A stretch of DNA of 64,000 nt. Source: Bdellovibrionales bacterium (GTDB taxonomy: Bacteria; Bdellovibrionota; Bdellovibrionia; Bdellovibrionales; UBA1609). A program made the position numbers and the translations under genes. Location of the stretch: contig JAWLHR010000016.1 of NCBI GenBank assembly GCA_041690295.1, positions 1-64,000 of the forward strand. The letters are read 5' to 3'. Below the pieces are notes generated by a model. It searched no databases. It was given only the letters and a program-made list of their open reading frames with translations, and was not told the DNA's origin. Of the stretch, positions 1 to 9,507 are shown piece by piece (position 1 is the first letter of the stretch; every line of letters starts with the position of its first letter).

Positions 1-155
1 ATTTCGGACTCCTCCCCTTGCTAATAAGTGCGATAACTTATTTGGTACCTAGATACCGCAAATTGACATTAATGTATGTCAGACAAGGGGCGGGTCCATA
101 TACGGGCACAGTTGAGAGCGCGTGGCCTCCTCAAGTCCCGGGACCAGTTGAAAAG

Positions 156-266
156 GTAGGCCGTTCCAAATCAGGATGCAGGTAGTCGCTAATCGCTAAC
201 TGGCCATCCAAAACGGCAGCATCCGCACCTTCATGGAGCAGTACATCCTGATTCGGAACGGCCTAC
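156..266. repeat. REPIN-like 111-bp inverted doublet of GTAG-type REP arms
   Basis: GTAGGCCGTTCCAAATCAGGATG (156-178) pairs with CATCCTGATTCGGAACGGCCTAC (244-266); the same arm recurs at 41385-41407 and 56780-56890. Confidence 0.8.
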
Positions 267-269
267 ATT

Positions 270-1244
270 TCACTGGGTGGCGAAGTGAATTTGGCGAACG
301 ATCAGAGATAAGATTGCGGTGGCCATGGCCAGATGGGCGACGGCGATCAACGGCGGTGTATGAAAGAGCACATTGGCGATGCCGATTCCCACTTGGACAA
401 GGACCATGCCGAAAATTCCGCCAGCCAGTTTGCGCAGGCGATCCGAACCCGATCGGGATTTCATGAGATAAAGGTTGATCGCCGCCAACACGAAAACAAT
501 GTAAGCGCCGAGACGATGAATCACATGCAATCCGATAATGCCTTTAAATGTGGGGAACCATTGACCGTGGCAGGTCGGAAAGTCGGTGCAAACGAGTGAA
601 GCGAAATGGGAAGCCACCATGCCGCCAAGGAGAATCTGTCCATAAAGCGCTAACCCCATGAAGATGGACCACGGCTTCACCCAGCCGGCGGCGGCAGTGG
701 CACCCGCTAAGACGCCTGATCGCGCCGCCGAAGCCTCACGCCGTTCTTCGTCCCGCTTCAACGACAAATACATCCACATCAACAAGGCGAAAAAGCCGGT
801 CCCCATTCCCAAATGGGCGGCCACGACCTTGGAGTGAAGTTGCAGAAGAACAGTCAGTCCGCCGAACACGACTTGAGTGGCCAGCAGCACGAGCGAAGCG
901 GCTCCCAACCACTTCAGTGCTTTAGAAACATTCGAGCGGAATAAGATCCACTGCAAACCGACGGTCGCGATCGCCACCAATCCGGCCAGCACCCTATGAA
1001 TGAACTCGAAGTAAACCTGCGGATGATAATCAGGGATGAAATCGCCAAAACAAAGCGGCCAATCGGGACAGGCCAGTCCGGCATTCATGATCCGCACCGA
1101 ACCTCCAAGGGCGATTAGGGCGAATGTGGCGACGACCAGCCACCCGAAGGCGCTCGTAAACCAGCTTGGAAGTGGGACGGATGTCGCGCTGAATTTCGCG
1201 CCTCGGACGGGGCTGGAAAGCACAGACTGTTGGGTTGTCGCCAT
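270..1244 (-). CDS. ctaA: Heme A synthase (COX15/CtaA family)
   Basis: GLACPDWPLC, EFIHR and repeated CTDFPTC/HVIHR motifs; polytopic; last gene of the cox operon. Confidence 0.93.
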   Translation of the reverse strand: MATTQQSVLSSPVRGAKFSATSVPLPSWFTSAFGWLVVATFALIALGGSVRIMNAGLACPDWPLCFGDFIPDYHPQVYFEFIHRVLAGLVAIATVGLQWILFRSNVSKALKWLGAASLVLLATQVVFGGLTVLLQLHSKVVAAHLGMGTGFFALLMWMYLSLKRDEERREASAARSGVLAGATAAAGWVKPWSIFMGLALYGQILLGGMVASHFASLVCTDFPTCHGQWFPTFKGIIGLHVIHRLGAYIVFVLAAINLYLMKSRSGSDRLRKLAGGIFGMVLVQVGIGIANVLFHTPPLIAVAHLAMATAILSLIVRQIHFATQ

Positions 1245-1294
1245 GGTTTTCCTCCAATCCCCCCGAAAAATTTAACAGTACCGTTCCGCCACCC

Positions 1295-2176
1295 TCAGCT
1301 TATCAAAATCCAGGTGATCCACTTATCCATCACGGGTGCGGCCAGGTAAATCAATAAACTTAAATTCGTCCACAAAAAGAAAGATAACCAACCCCGATTG
1401 GCATCGGATCGGTAATATTTCATAAATTCCCAAAGCACCTTCAGTGACATGGGAAGAACCAGAAGCAGATAAACGATATGGGCCTGGGTAAACCAAGGCG
1501 CCAGGAGAGCGACTCCCACGTAGACGAACACGTAAAGACCCATGTGGTAGATGGCCCGATCCACACCCACCGTCACCGGCAACACAGGGAATCCACCCCG
1601 GGCGTAATCGTCACGAAAACGAATCGCCAACGCCCAGAAGTGGGGCATCTGCCAAAGAAACATCACCAGAAAAAGGTAAACGCATTCCGGATGAAAGATG
1701 TTAGGTTCATTGACGGAATAACCGATCACAACCGGCATGGCCCCCGGAATCGCTCCAGGTACCGCACCAAACGCCCAATATCGCTTCCACCACAAAGTGT
1801 AGACGACGTTATAAAGAAATACCGTCACCAGCACCAGAAGGGCGGGCATCCAACCGATCAATGCCAGGGCCAATGCCCCGGCCGTCACGAACAAAATACC
1901 AGTGGCGTAAGCCTGCCACGGCCGAAACAAACCCCTCGGGATCGGCCGGTTGGCCGTTCGCTCCATTAAGGCGTCCCGCCGCCATTCTTGCGCCTGATTG
2001 ATGGCGAAGCTCCCGGAAGCCGCGAAATAAAGCCCGATCACAAGCAGGATCGGGTGGAGAGGGTCGAATTCCAGACCCGAATGAAAGCTGATCGCGTATC
2101 CCGCGAGAGCACTAACGATGGAAAAAACAACGATGCCGAACTTGGTTAATTGCGTAAAAGCATTAAACCACTTCAT
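1295..2176 (-). CDS. ctaB: Heme O synthase (protoheme IX farnesyltransferase)
   Basis: DALMERTANRPIP and WQMPHFWALA motifs; cox operon context. Confidence 0.95.
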   Translation of the reverse strand: MKWFNAFTQLTKFGIVVFSIVSALAGYAISFHSGLEFDPLHPILLVIGLYFAASGSFAINQAQEWRRDALMERTANRPIPRGLFRPWQAYATGILFVTAGALALALIGWMPALLVLVTVFLYNVVYTLWWKRYWAFGAVPGAIPGAMPVVIGYSVNEPNIFHPECVYLFLVMFLWQMPHFWALAIRFRDDYARGGFPVLPVTVGVDRAIYHMGLYVFVYVGVALLAPWFTQAHIVYLLLVLPMSLKVLWEFMKYYRSDANRGWLSFFLWTNLSLLIYLAAPVMDKWITWILIS

Positions 2177-2478
2177 AGCGGATTCATCTGTGGGATCCGC
2201 GTAAAGATGTCAAGCACGCTGAGGAAATACAAGAGGATCAGAAAGAAGATGGCGTTACCAAACACCACCCAATAAAGTTTATCGTCATATTTCAAGTGCA
2301 TGAAGTAACCAAGCACCAGCGTGGCTTTGATCGACGCGATACCCAGCGCGATCACCGTGTTCAGCACGCCGAAGTCAATCCTCGCCGCGACCACCGTGAT
2401 CACCGTAAGAATCAAAAGGGCGATGAGGATGTTGAAGTAAACTTTCAGCGGAATGGAATGGTTGTGATCCGAGGCCAT
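2173..2478 (-). CDS. Cytochrome c oxidase subunit IV (caa3-type)
   Basis: Three TM helices, KATLVLGYFMHLKYD motif; follows subunit III. Confidence 0.88.
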   Translation of the reverse strand: MASDHNHSIPLKVYFNILIALLILTVITVVAARIDFGVLNTVIALGIASIKATLVLGYFMHLKYDDKLYWVVFGNAIFFLILLYFLSVLDIFTRIPQMNPL

Positions 2479-2488
2479 CGTTAACTCC

Positions 2489-3151
2489 TTATCCGATCAA
2501 GTAGAGCAGCGGAAAGAGGTAAATCCAAATCAAGTCGATCAAGTGCCAAAGCAAGCCGACACATTCGACCGGCGTGTAATAATGAGAGCCGAACTCACCC
2601 CGGTGACCGCGAATGACCACCCAGGTGATGAACGCCATTCCGATCACAACGTGAATCCCGTGCAAACCCGTCAAACAAAAGTAAAACGAGAAATACATGG
2701 CGAGATTTGAAAATTCGGCCGCCTCAGGTCCGGTGTAAGAAAAGAACTTACCCGGCGCGAGCCCCAGATGGAGCTTATGACTGTATTCAAAGTACTTAAC
2801 GATCAAGAAGATCGCCGCACAGGCCAGGGTCATGTACAGGTTCAACAGCATTTTGCCCTTATCGTTCTTTTGGGCGTAGAAAATGCTCAAGGCCATCGTG
2901 AGTGAACTCACAAGCAGAACCACCGTGTTCAATGCGCCCAAGCGCCAGTCGGCGAACTGGGATCCCGCATGGAACATGGCTGGGTAATTCTGATGATAGA
3001 TAATGTAGCCGACAATCAAACCGCCGAACATGAGGATCTCCGTGGCGAGGAAGACCCACATGCCAAGCTTGCTGGTATGATATTCGTGCTCGGCACTCTG
3101 AAAATGATGCGCGTGATGATGCTGCTTCACAACGGTGTTAGCGGTACTCAT
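2489..3151 (-). CDS. ctaE: Cytochrome c oxidase subunit III
   Basis: [33 protein letters not shown] motifs. Confidence 0.95.
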   Translation of the reverse strand: MSTANTVVKQHHHAHHFQSAEHEYHTSKLGMWVFLATEILMFGGLIVGYIIYHQNYPAMFHAGSQFADWRLGALNTVVLLVSSLTMALSIFYAQKNDKGKMLLNLYMTLACAAIFLIVKYFEYSHKLHLGLAPGKFFSYTGPEAAEFSNLAMYFSFYFCLTGLHGIHVVIGMAFITWVVIRGHRGEFGSHYYTPVECVGLLWHLIDLIWIYLFPLLYLIG

Positions 3152-4721
3152 AGGGACCTGCCGTGACTACGGGTTGAGTGGTGAAATTTTCATGCGGAGG
3201 CGGAGACGCCGTTTGCCATTCCAAAGTGCGACCGCCCCAGGGATTTTCGCCCGCCTTTTCGCCGGCAATCCATCCATGAACAATCGCGGCAAAACCAATC
3301 AGAAAACCAATTCCAATTGTCCAGGCGCCGATCGATGAAATCTGGTTCAGCGAAGTGTACTCAGGGATATAATCGAAATACCGCCGAGGCATGCCGTTCG
3401 CACCCAAAATGAACTGCGGGAAGAACGTGACGTTGAAGCCGACGAAAATCAGAACGAAGCTGATGCGCGCCCAAAATTCATTCACCAGACGACCGAACAT
3501 TTTCGGGAACCAGTAATAGATTCCACCCATGATCGCCATCAAGGTTCCGCCAACCATCACATAATGGAAGTGAGCCACCACGAAATAGGTGTCATGGAAG
3601 TGGACGTTAATGGCCGTAGTGGCCAGCATGATCCCCGTCACTCCACCAATGGTGAAGAGGAACAGGAAGCCCATGGCAAAAAGCATTGGAGAATCGAAAC
3701 GAATGGATCCCCGATACATTGTCGCCGTCCAGTTAAAAACTTTAATCGCGGTCGGGACGCCCACGAGCATGGTCAGAAACGAGAAGACGATGCCCGCGAT
3801 CTCGGACTGGCCGCTCACGAACATGTGGTGACCCCAAACAAAGAAGCTCACGCCCGCGATACCGATCGAGGACAGCGCGATCGCTTTGTAACCGAAGATG
3901 GTTTTGCGGGAGAAAGTGACCACCAGCTCACTGATCACGCCCATCGCGGGCAAGATCATGATGTAAACCGCCGGGTGGGAATAAAACCAGAAGAAGTGTT
4001 GGAAGAGAACCGGGTCACCGCCCAGCTTGGGATCGAAAATCCCCACGCCGAGCAATCGCTCAACCGTCAGAAGCAGCAGGGTGATACCGAGAACCGGTGT
4101 CGCCAAAACCTGCAGAATGGCGGTTGAGTAAAGCGCCCATACAAAAAGCGGCATCCGCCAGAAGCTCATCCCCGGAGCACGCAATTTATGGACGGTCACA
4201 ATGAAGTTCAAACCGGTAAGAATTGAGGAGAATCCAACGACAAAGGCTCCAAAGACCACCCACACCGTGCCGTTTTGCGTGGTGATCGAATAGGGAGTGT
4301 AAAACGTCCAACCGGTATCAACGCCACCTTGGAACAAAGCCACCATGATGATGGCGGAGCCGATGATCAGACAGTACCAGCTGATTAAGTTCACCCGAGG
4401 AAAGGCCACATCCTTCGCGCCCAGCATGAGGGGCAACATGAAGTTCCCCAGGAAGGCCGGGATTCCCGGGATGATCACCATGAACACCATGATGGCGCCA
4501 TGTAAGGTCATGACCTGGTTGTAAAGATGCCCGGTGAATAATTGCCCGCCCGGACGGAAGAGCTCGTAGCGGATCAGCATGGCGAAGATTCCGCCAAAGA
4601 GGAAGAACACCATAACCGCGATCATATAGAGGATGCCGATCCTCTTATGATCTAAGGTCGTCAACCAGGACATCAGTCCCGATTTTTCATTCAGATAATT
4701 GACTCCCGGAGCGCTGGCCAT
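3138..4721 (-). CDS. ctaD: Cytochrome c oxidase subunit I (A2-type YS motif)
   Basis: [46 protein letters not shown]. Confidence 0.97.
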   Translation of the reverse strand: MASAPGVNYLNEKSGLMSWLTTLDHKRIGILYMIAVMVFFLFGGIFAMLIRYELFRPGGQLFTGHLYNQVMTLHGAIMVFMVIIPGIPAFLGNFMLPLMLGAKDVAFPRVNLISWYCLIIGSAIIMVALFQGGVDTGWTFYTPYSITTQNGTVWVVFGAFVVGFSSILTGLNFIVTVHKLRAPGMSFWRMPLFVWALYSTAILQVLATPVLGITLLLLTVERLLGVGIFDPKLGGDPVLFQHFFWFYSHPAVYIMILPAMGVISELVVTFSRKTIFGYKAIALSSIGIAGVSFFVWGHHMFVSGQSEIAGIVFSFLTMLVGVPTAIKVFNWTATMYRGSIRFDSPMLFAMGFLFLFTIGGVTGIMLATTAINVHFHDTYFVVAHFHYVMVGGTLMAIMGGIYYWFPKMFGRLVNEFWARISFVLIFVGFNVTFFPQFILGANGMPRRYFDYIPEYTSLNQISSIGAWTIGIGFLIGFAAIVHGWIAGEKAGENPWGGRTLEWQTASPPPHENFTTQPVVTAGPYEYR

Positions 4722-4734
4722 TTTTTAATCCCTC

Positions 4735-5682
4735 TCACTTCACGGTTTTCAAAAATTCGATCAAGCCCATGATTTCCTGTTCATCCAGTTGGCCCGCGAA
4801 GGTGGGCATGACCGGAGGATAACCCTTCACGATTTTCGCGTTGGGATTCAGGATGGACTCTCGAATGTAATTTTCGTCGACGACAACCGTACTGCCGTCT
4901 TCCAATTCTTCCGTACGGCCAAAAACACCATGAAAGGTGGGACCCGGTCGCACGCCCTCACTGGGGTTCAAGGTGTGGCAAGCCACGCATGAAGCAGCGT
5001 AGATTTTCTGCCCGATTTCCACCGGACTCAGGCCTTTATAGGGTTCATTCGAAAGATATTCGTCGAAGGCTTCACGCGAGACCACATTGATCTTGGCCAA
5101 CATGCCCGAATGGTTATCGCCGCAATATTCGGTACAGAACACGTTATAGGTACCTTCATGATCGGCTTTGAACCAGACCGCCGTGTACCGGCCGGGAATC
5201 ACGTCTTGTTTGATACGGAAGGCGGGAACAAAAAAGCTATGCAAAACATCGGTTGAGGTCATGAGCAGCTTAACATTCTGGCCGACGGGAACGGTTAAGG
5301 AACCGCCGGAGTTGCGCCCGTTTTTATAAGTAAAATTCCAGGACCATTTTTGTCCGGTCACCGCGACTTCAAGCGAATCTTCCGGGAAGGTCCGCATTTG
5401 ATAATAAACCACCCAACCCCAGACGAACACGACCATGAAAATGACGAAGGGAATGAAACTCCAGAGGAATTCCAGGGTCGTGTTGTGTGAAATGTAAGGC
5501 GTTTTGTCATCCTGGCCTTTTCTTTTGTATTGGCTGGCGAAGATGATCAATCCACCGATCACCAATACAAACGAAATAAAACTCGCCCACAATAAAAAGG
5601 AATAGAGCGTGTCAACATTCTTCGCGACCTCGGTCGCCGCGAACGGCATGAAATGGCTGCCTGTACTCGTTGCGGAAGACAT
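4735..5682 (-). CDS. ctaC: Cytochrome c oxidase subunit II with fused cytochrome c domain
   Basis: CuA ligands DVLHS and CTEYCGDNHSGM plus C-terminal CVACH; start placed at ATG 5682 behind AAGGAG (ORF track extends to 5712). Confidence 0.95.
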   Translation of the reverse strand: MSSATSTGSHFMPFAATEVAKNVDTLYSFLLWASFISFVLVIGGLIIFASQYKRKGQDDKTPYISHNTTLEFLWSFIPFVIFMVVFVWGWVVYYQMRTFPEDSLEVAVTGQKWSWNFTYKNGRNSGGSLTVPVGQNVKLLMTSTDVLHSFFVPAFRIKQDVIPGRYTAVWFKADHEGTYNVFCTEYCGDNHSGMLAKINVVSREAFDEYLSNEPYKGLSPVEIGQKIYAASCVACHTLNPSEGVRPGPTFHGVFGRTEELEDGSTVVVDENYIRESILNPNAKIVKGYPPVMPTFAGQLDEQEIMGLIEFLKTVK

Positions 5683-5687
5683 GAAGT

Positions 5688-6506
5688 TTATCTCCTTTGT
5701 TCTCGCCACCACACCGGCAGCAGGAAGATTGCGAGCAGAAGGACCATAACAACTCCCCCCAAACGCATCAGATTCCAGGCATACAGTGTGTACTTGTTTT
5801 TGCGAGGGTCAAATCTAAAGCAAAACATCAGAGCTTGCTCGATCGGCGAACCGATCGTGCCGTCCGAAGCTTCAAGCAAACTGAACTTCAAAGTGTTCAC
5901 ATCCGGCTGAATGCCGTGAAGATAACGGGAGATTTTCCCCTCGGGGGTGATGACATAAGCCACCGCCGCGTGGGCGAACTGCTTTTGGTCTTCCAACCAT
6001 TTGAACTTAAAACCCAATTGATCGGCGAGCGACTTTACGTTCGCTTCGGAGCCCACCAAAAAATGCCAGCCTTTATCACCGTCGGGACGTCCGTAGGCTT
6101 TAAGGTAATTGGCCTTTTTCGCTTTCGCCAAATCCGGAGTTTCCCGGTGATCCATGCTGACGGCGACGATTTCGAATTCATCACCAGTCGTCCACTTCAT
6201 GGTCTTCATGACTTCAGTCAAACCATTTAAGTGGAAGTTACAAAGACTGGGACAATTGTAATAAACCATGGCCATCAAGACCGGGCGACGACGCTGAAAA
6301 TACGTGCCCAGCGGAACCACTTGCCCTTCCTCGTTGGTGAAGGTCAGCGAAAGATCCAAACTTTGACCGAGCTTCTCATCGACTCCGACGGATTCCAGCT
6401 CAGCCGGCAAAGCATGGCCCGTCACCTCAACCTTCTGAGGGTCATAGGCAAAAGCGTTCAAGCTGAGCAGGCTCACTAGGAGCCACCCGAAAAACCACGA
6501 AAACAT
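5688..6506 (-). CDS. SCO family copper chaperone
   Basis: YYNCPSLC (CxxxC) and FAH motifs, signal peptide, C-terminal TM. Confidence 0.9.
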   Translation of the reverse strand: MFSWFFGWLLVSLLSLNAFAYDPQKVEVTGHALPAELESVGVDEKLGQSLDLSLTFTNEEGQVVPLGTYFQRRRPVLMAMVYYNCPSLCNFHLNGLTEVMKTMKWTTGDEFEIVAVSMDHRETPDLAKAKKANYLKAYGRPDGDKGWHFLVGSEANVKSLADQLGFKFKWLEDQKQFAHAAVAYVITPEGKISRYLHGIQPDVNTLKFSLLEASDGTIGSPIEQALMFCFRFDPRKNKYTLYAWNLMRLGGVVMVLLLAIFLLPVWWREQRR

Positions 6507-7042
6507 TACTGCGCCGTCTTTGCAAATTCCTCAAGTTTCGCGGGATCATCACCCACTTTGTCTTTTGTAATCGAACGAATGAATTGAACCATCGCCCAGC
6601 GGTCCACGACCGGCAGATGTCCGAAGGCCGCCATGCTGGTTCCCGGAATCCCTTTACGAATTGTTTCAAATAGACCGATGGAATCGCCACCTTGTTTCCA
6701 ACCGCCTTCGATGAAGTTACGGGGAGGCGGAACCAGCGCACGTCCGGCAGGCCCATCGCCGGCGCCCGTCGGACCATGGCAAACAGCACACGCTGAGGCG
6801 TACACCTTCGCGCCATGTTTGATCATGTCTTCTGATTCAACCCAAGGTTTCTCGATTTGAGTGACGTCAACAGCCTTGGCCGCTTCCCCGCCGGCGACGA
6901 CTTGTTCGGGCGCGGTCGGCGTAACTTCCTTAAGATCAACACCGGGATGGAAACCGATCACGTAAAGAAAAAATCCCAGAGAGAAAAACATCGAAAACAA
7001 GAAAGCGATGTACCCACCGCGGTTGTAGCTGTCATTCTGCAT
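6506..7042 (-). CDS. Membrane-anchored monoheme c-type cytochrome
   Basis: N-terminal TM, CAVCHG heme motif, GIPGTSM distal Met; first gene of the cox operon. Confidence 0.9.
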   Translation of the reverse strand: MQNDSYNRGGYIAFLFSMFFSLGFFLYVIGFHPGVDLKEVTPTAPEQVVAGGEAAKAVDVTQIEKPWVESEDMIKHGAKVYASACAVCHGPTGAGDGPAGRALVPPPRNFIEGGWKQGGDSIGLFETIRKGIPGTSMAAFGHLPVVDRWAMVQFIRSITKDKVGDDPAKLEEFAKTAQ

Positions 7043-7258
7043 GGAGCTTCTTCCCTGCTTAAATTTTTTTAACTTGGTGGGGACGTTACCACTGGATCAA
7101 ATGTTGAGTCACGTAACTAAATTCACAGTGGTTTGAAGCGGTCCGTGACGCCTGGCAGCTTTTCGGTTTAAATCAGGTCTTTCACCCACAAGACAGAAGG
7201 TAGTTTAATGGGGAATAATATAGAAACATCGCCTCATATAAGGATAAGGAGAAGTCAT

Positions 7259-7642
7259 ATGTGGAGAGCTTTTCTTACCATGGGCATATTTTGCACACTC
7301 GCCGGCTGTGCCAGCTTTCCGGAGACCATGGACCGAATCAAAGCGGGGATGGACAAAGGAGAAGTTCTGGAAATTCTGGGAAATCCAAAGCGGACTTTTC
7401 GTGAAAACGGTTTGGATTATTGGACCTATCTTTACTTCGAAAATAACCAGGAATGGCGGCGTGATGTGGTGTTCGAAGGAGGAAAGGTGATTCGAGTCAC
7501 ACGACCGACTCCCACCGCGAAATCAGGTTGGCAGCGGGATCTGGAAAATTCCACGACGATCGAGGAATATGAGGCGAAAGCACGTGCCATTAACCGAAAG
7601 AGTGAGAGGTTCAAGCCGATCGGTCCAGCCGACGGCGATTAA
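7259..7642 (+). CDS. BamE/SmpA-like outer membrane lipoprotein
   Basis: Lipobox LAGC, GMDKGEVLEILGNP and WTY pattern; ATG 7259 follows AAGGAG. Confidence 0.75.
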   Translation: MWRAFLTMGIFCTLAGCASFPETMDRIKAGMDKGEVLEILGNPKRTFRENGLDYWTYLYFENNQEWRRDVVFEGGKVIRVTRPTPTAKSGWQRDLENSTTIEEYEAKARAINRKSERFKPIGPADGD

Positions 7643-7653
7643 AACCGTAATTC

Positions 7654-8271
7654 ATGACCTGGTCGGCCTTTCTTGATCACCTCAATCGCACTTCCCTAAC
7701 AGCCATATCATTGGTTGGTCCCTTATATGATGCAGAATTCACCCCCGCGGAACCCACCGTGTTCATTGACGGCGGCAGCCGCTTTCGACCACTCCAATCG
7801 GACTTTCCCCTGATCAGCGTGGGTGACGGTGATTCCGGATCCGCTGTCCTCGATGAGATTTTACCGAGTGAAAAGGACTATTCCGACCTTGCGTTTGTTT
7901 TGCGAAATCTGCCCGCCCACGTCGCCCGTCTGAGCCTTCATGGCTTCTCCGGCGGCAGGCTGGATCATGAACTGGCGAATTTCGGCGAACTCCACGCCTT
8001 CTTGCTCAAGCGCGGGAACGGACAGACCCATCTGTTCGCGGGCGGACGCCCGAGTGTGGTTGGTTTTAATTCTCGGTTAGAGATGAACATCCAGGGGATA
8101 TTTTCACTGCTCGTGCTGGAGCCGGCCGAGGTTCGCCTGACCGGTGACTGTAAGTACAAGCTCACCGAGCCGTACAAGATTTTTCCCTGCTCAAGTCACG
8201 GCATCAGCAACTCCGGGTTCGGTCGTGTGCTTGCCGAGACCTCAAATCCCGCGTTTATCTTTCTATCCTGA
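7654..8271 (+). CDS. Thiamine pyrophosphokinase-like protein
   Basis: IDGG, VGDGDS, EKDYSDL, GGRLDH and HGISN motifs of the ThiN family. Confidence 0.75.
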   Translation: MTWSAFLDHLNRTSLTAISLVGPLYDAEFTPAEPTVFIDGGSRFRPLQSDFPLISVGDGDSGSAVLDEILPSEKDYSDLAFVLRNLPAHVARLSLHGFSGGRLDHELANFGELHAFLLKRGNGQTHLFAGGRPSVVGFNSRLEMNIQGIFSLLVLEPAEVRLTGDCKYKLTEPYKIFPCSSHGISNSGFGRVLAETSNPAFIFLS

Positions 8272-8803
8272 TCCGTTCGGGTTTTTGCTCCTGAGTTTTC
8301 ACGGTCTTTGGCGCCGGACTTTTTTCATCTTCTTTGGGTTCGATGAACGGAGCGTACTTGCGATCAATGACTTTTTTGATTCGAGTCAGAAGTTCATCCA
8401 GACCGGCGGCGCCCTCCATTTCCTCGAGGGATTTTTTGGTTTGTGTCTGGTATCTGCGCTCCAGGTGTTCCCCTTGATTCGGGTACCGTAATTTCAATTC
8501 AGTCTTAATCCGATTGAACGCTTCAACGTCCTTGTCCCGTTGCGCTTTGATTTCGAGCATGACCTGGATCAAACGCCGCTTTTCCGCCGGATCCTTGGTG
8601 GCGGCCTTCGCGCGCACGGCCGCCAAAAAATTCTTGTCGTGCTCCGCGATCCGATTAGTTAACGAGGTCAACCGGGAACTTTTTTCGATGAATTCCTTTT
8701 GATCCTTCGGCATCGGCGCGGAGGCATCCCCTTTGTCCTCAGCGGCGATCGTGGCCGAAGTGACGAGGAGAAAGACGATCAAACTAAGGCTCGTGAATCG
8801 CAT
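8255..8803 (-). CDS. Secreted helical hypothetical protein
   Basis: Signal peptide, charged coiled-coil body; overlaps the upstream gene. Confidence 0.65.
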   Translation of the reverse strand: MRFTSLSLIVFLLVTSATIAAEDKGDASAPMPKDQKEFIEKSSRLTSLTNRIAEHDKNFLAAVRAKAATKDPAEKRRLIQVMLEIKAQRDKDVEAFNRIKTELKLRYPNQGEHLERRYQTQTKKSLEEMEGAAGLDELLTRIKKVIDRKYAPFIEPKEDEKSPAPKTVKTQEQKPERIRIER

Positions 8804-9470
8804 GTTGCTCCCATCGCACGTTCACCGGCAGGTTACGTAACCGGTTCACCAGAATGTAGGCCTTGCCCGGAGGGACATCCTCAATGTGCACTTCCCCGTG
8901 CCGAATCGACCGGAGAATCTGATCGATATCCCACATGAACTTTCGATCCAGGAGGGCTTCGCGAAACGCCTCACGGATGTCGGACGTGTCGATTCCCGTG
9001 ATGGTCAGATTGTAGCGAAGCGGGCCTTCCCTTCCGCCCGAATCCTCGGAATTGGCGAATTCAGCCAAATCGGAAAGATCGGGGGAAGAAGGTTCGCTTC
9101 CCGGCGGCTTATAAACTTCCGGTTCACCGACATTGTCATCGGGGTAGGCAAACATCTCGGGTTCCGGTGGAGGAGCTGAATCCAGATCCGACAGTTCCTC
9201 CGGCGGCATTTCTTGGTAATTCTCTTGCAAATCCTGATCGGGCGGCGGCTCCGGGTCCAGTTCCGGGGGTAAACCGGAATCACCGGCAAGATCAAACGGT
9301 TCGGATTCTTCGGATGGTGGTGGATTTTCGGCCGTGGCTTGGATCGGCGGCTCCCCCGAAAACTCGACCGAGCCGTCAATATGAACAATCAGTTGAGCGC
9401 CGCAATTTTCGCACTCAATGAGGCCGAAATCATCGGTGATGGTCTGGCTGCAAACCGGGCATTGACTCAC
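8784..9470 (-). CDS. Zinc-ribbon protein with acidic Pro-rich linker
   Basis: N-terminal CPVC...CENC, D/E/P-rich middle, compact C-terminal domain; directly downstream of secA. Confidence 0.7.
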   Translation of the reverse strand: MSQCPVCSQTITDDFGLIECENCGAQLIVHIDGSVEFSGEPPIQATAENPPPSEESEPFDLAGDSGLPPELDPEPPPDQDLQENYQEMPPEELSDLDSAPPPEPEMFAYPDDNVGEPEVYKPPGSEPSSPDLSDLAEFANSEDSGGREGPLRYNLTITGIDTSDIREAFREALLDRKFMWDIDQILRSIRHGEVHIEDVPPGKAYILVNRLRNLPVNVRWEQHAIHEP

Positions 9471-9507
9471 GAATTTATGATAGCATCGGGAATCCGGTTC
9501 TGCGAAA

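Noticed and set aside
233..599. Plus-strand ORFs 233-466 and 333-599
   Set aside because: Start inside the repeat or lie antisense to ctaA; no protein-like features
7085..7120. Possible FNR/CRP-like site upstream of the cox operon (GTTGAGTCACGTAAC)
   Set aside because: Too many mismatches to TTGAT-N4-ATCAA or TGTGA-N6-TCACA
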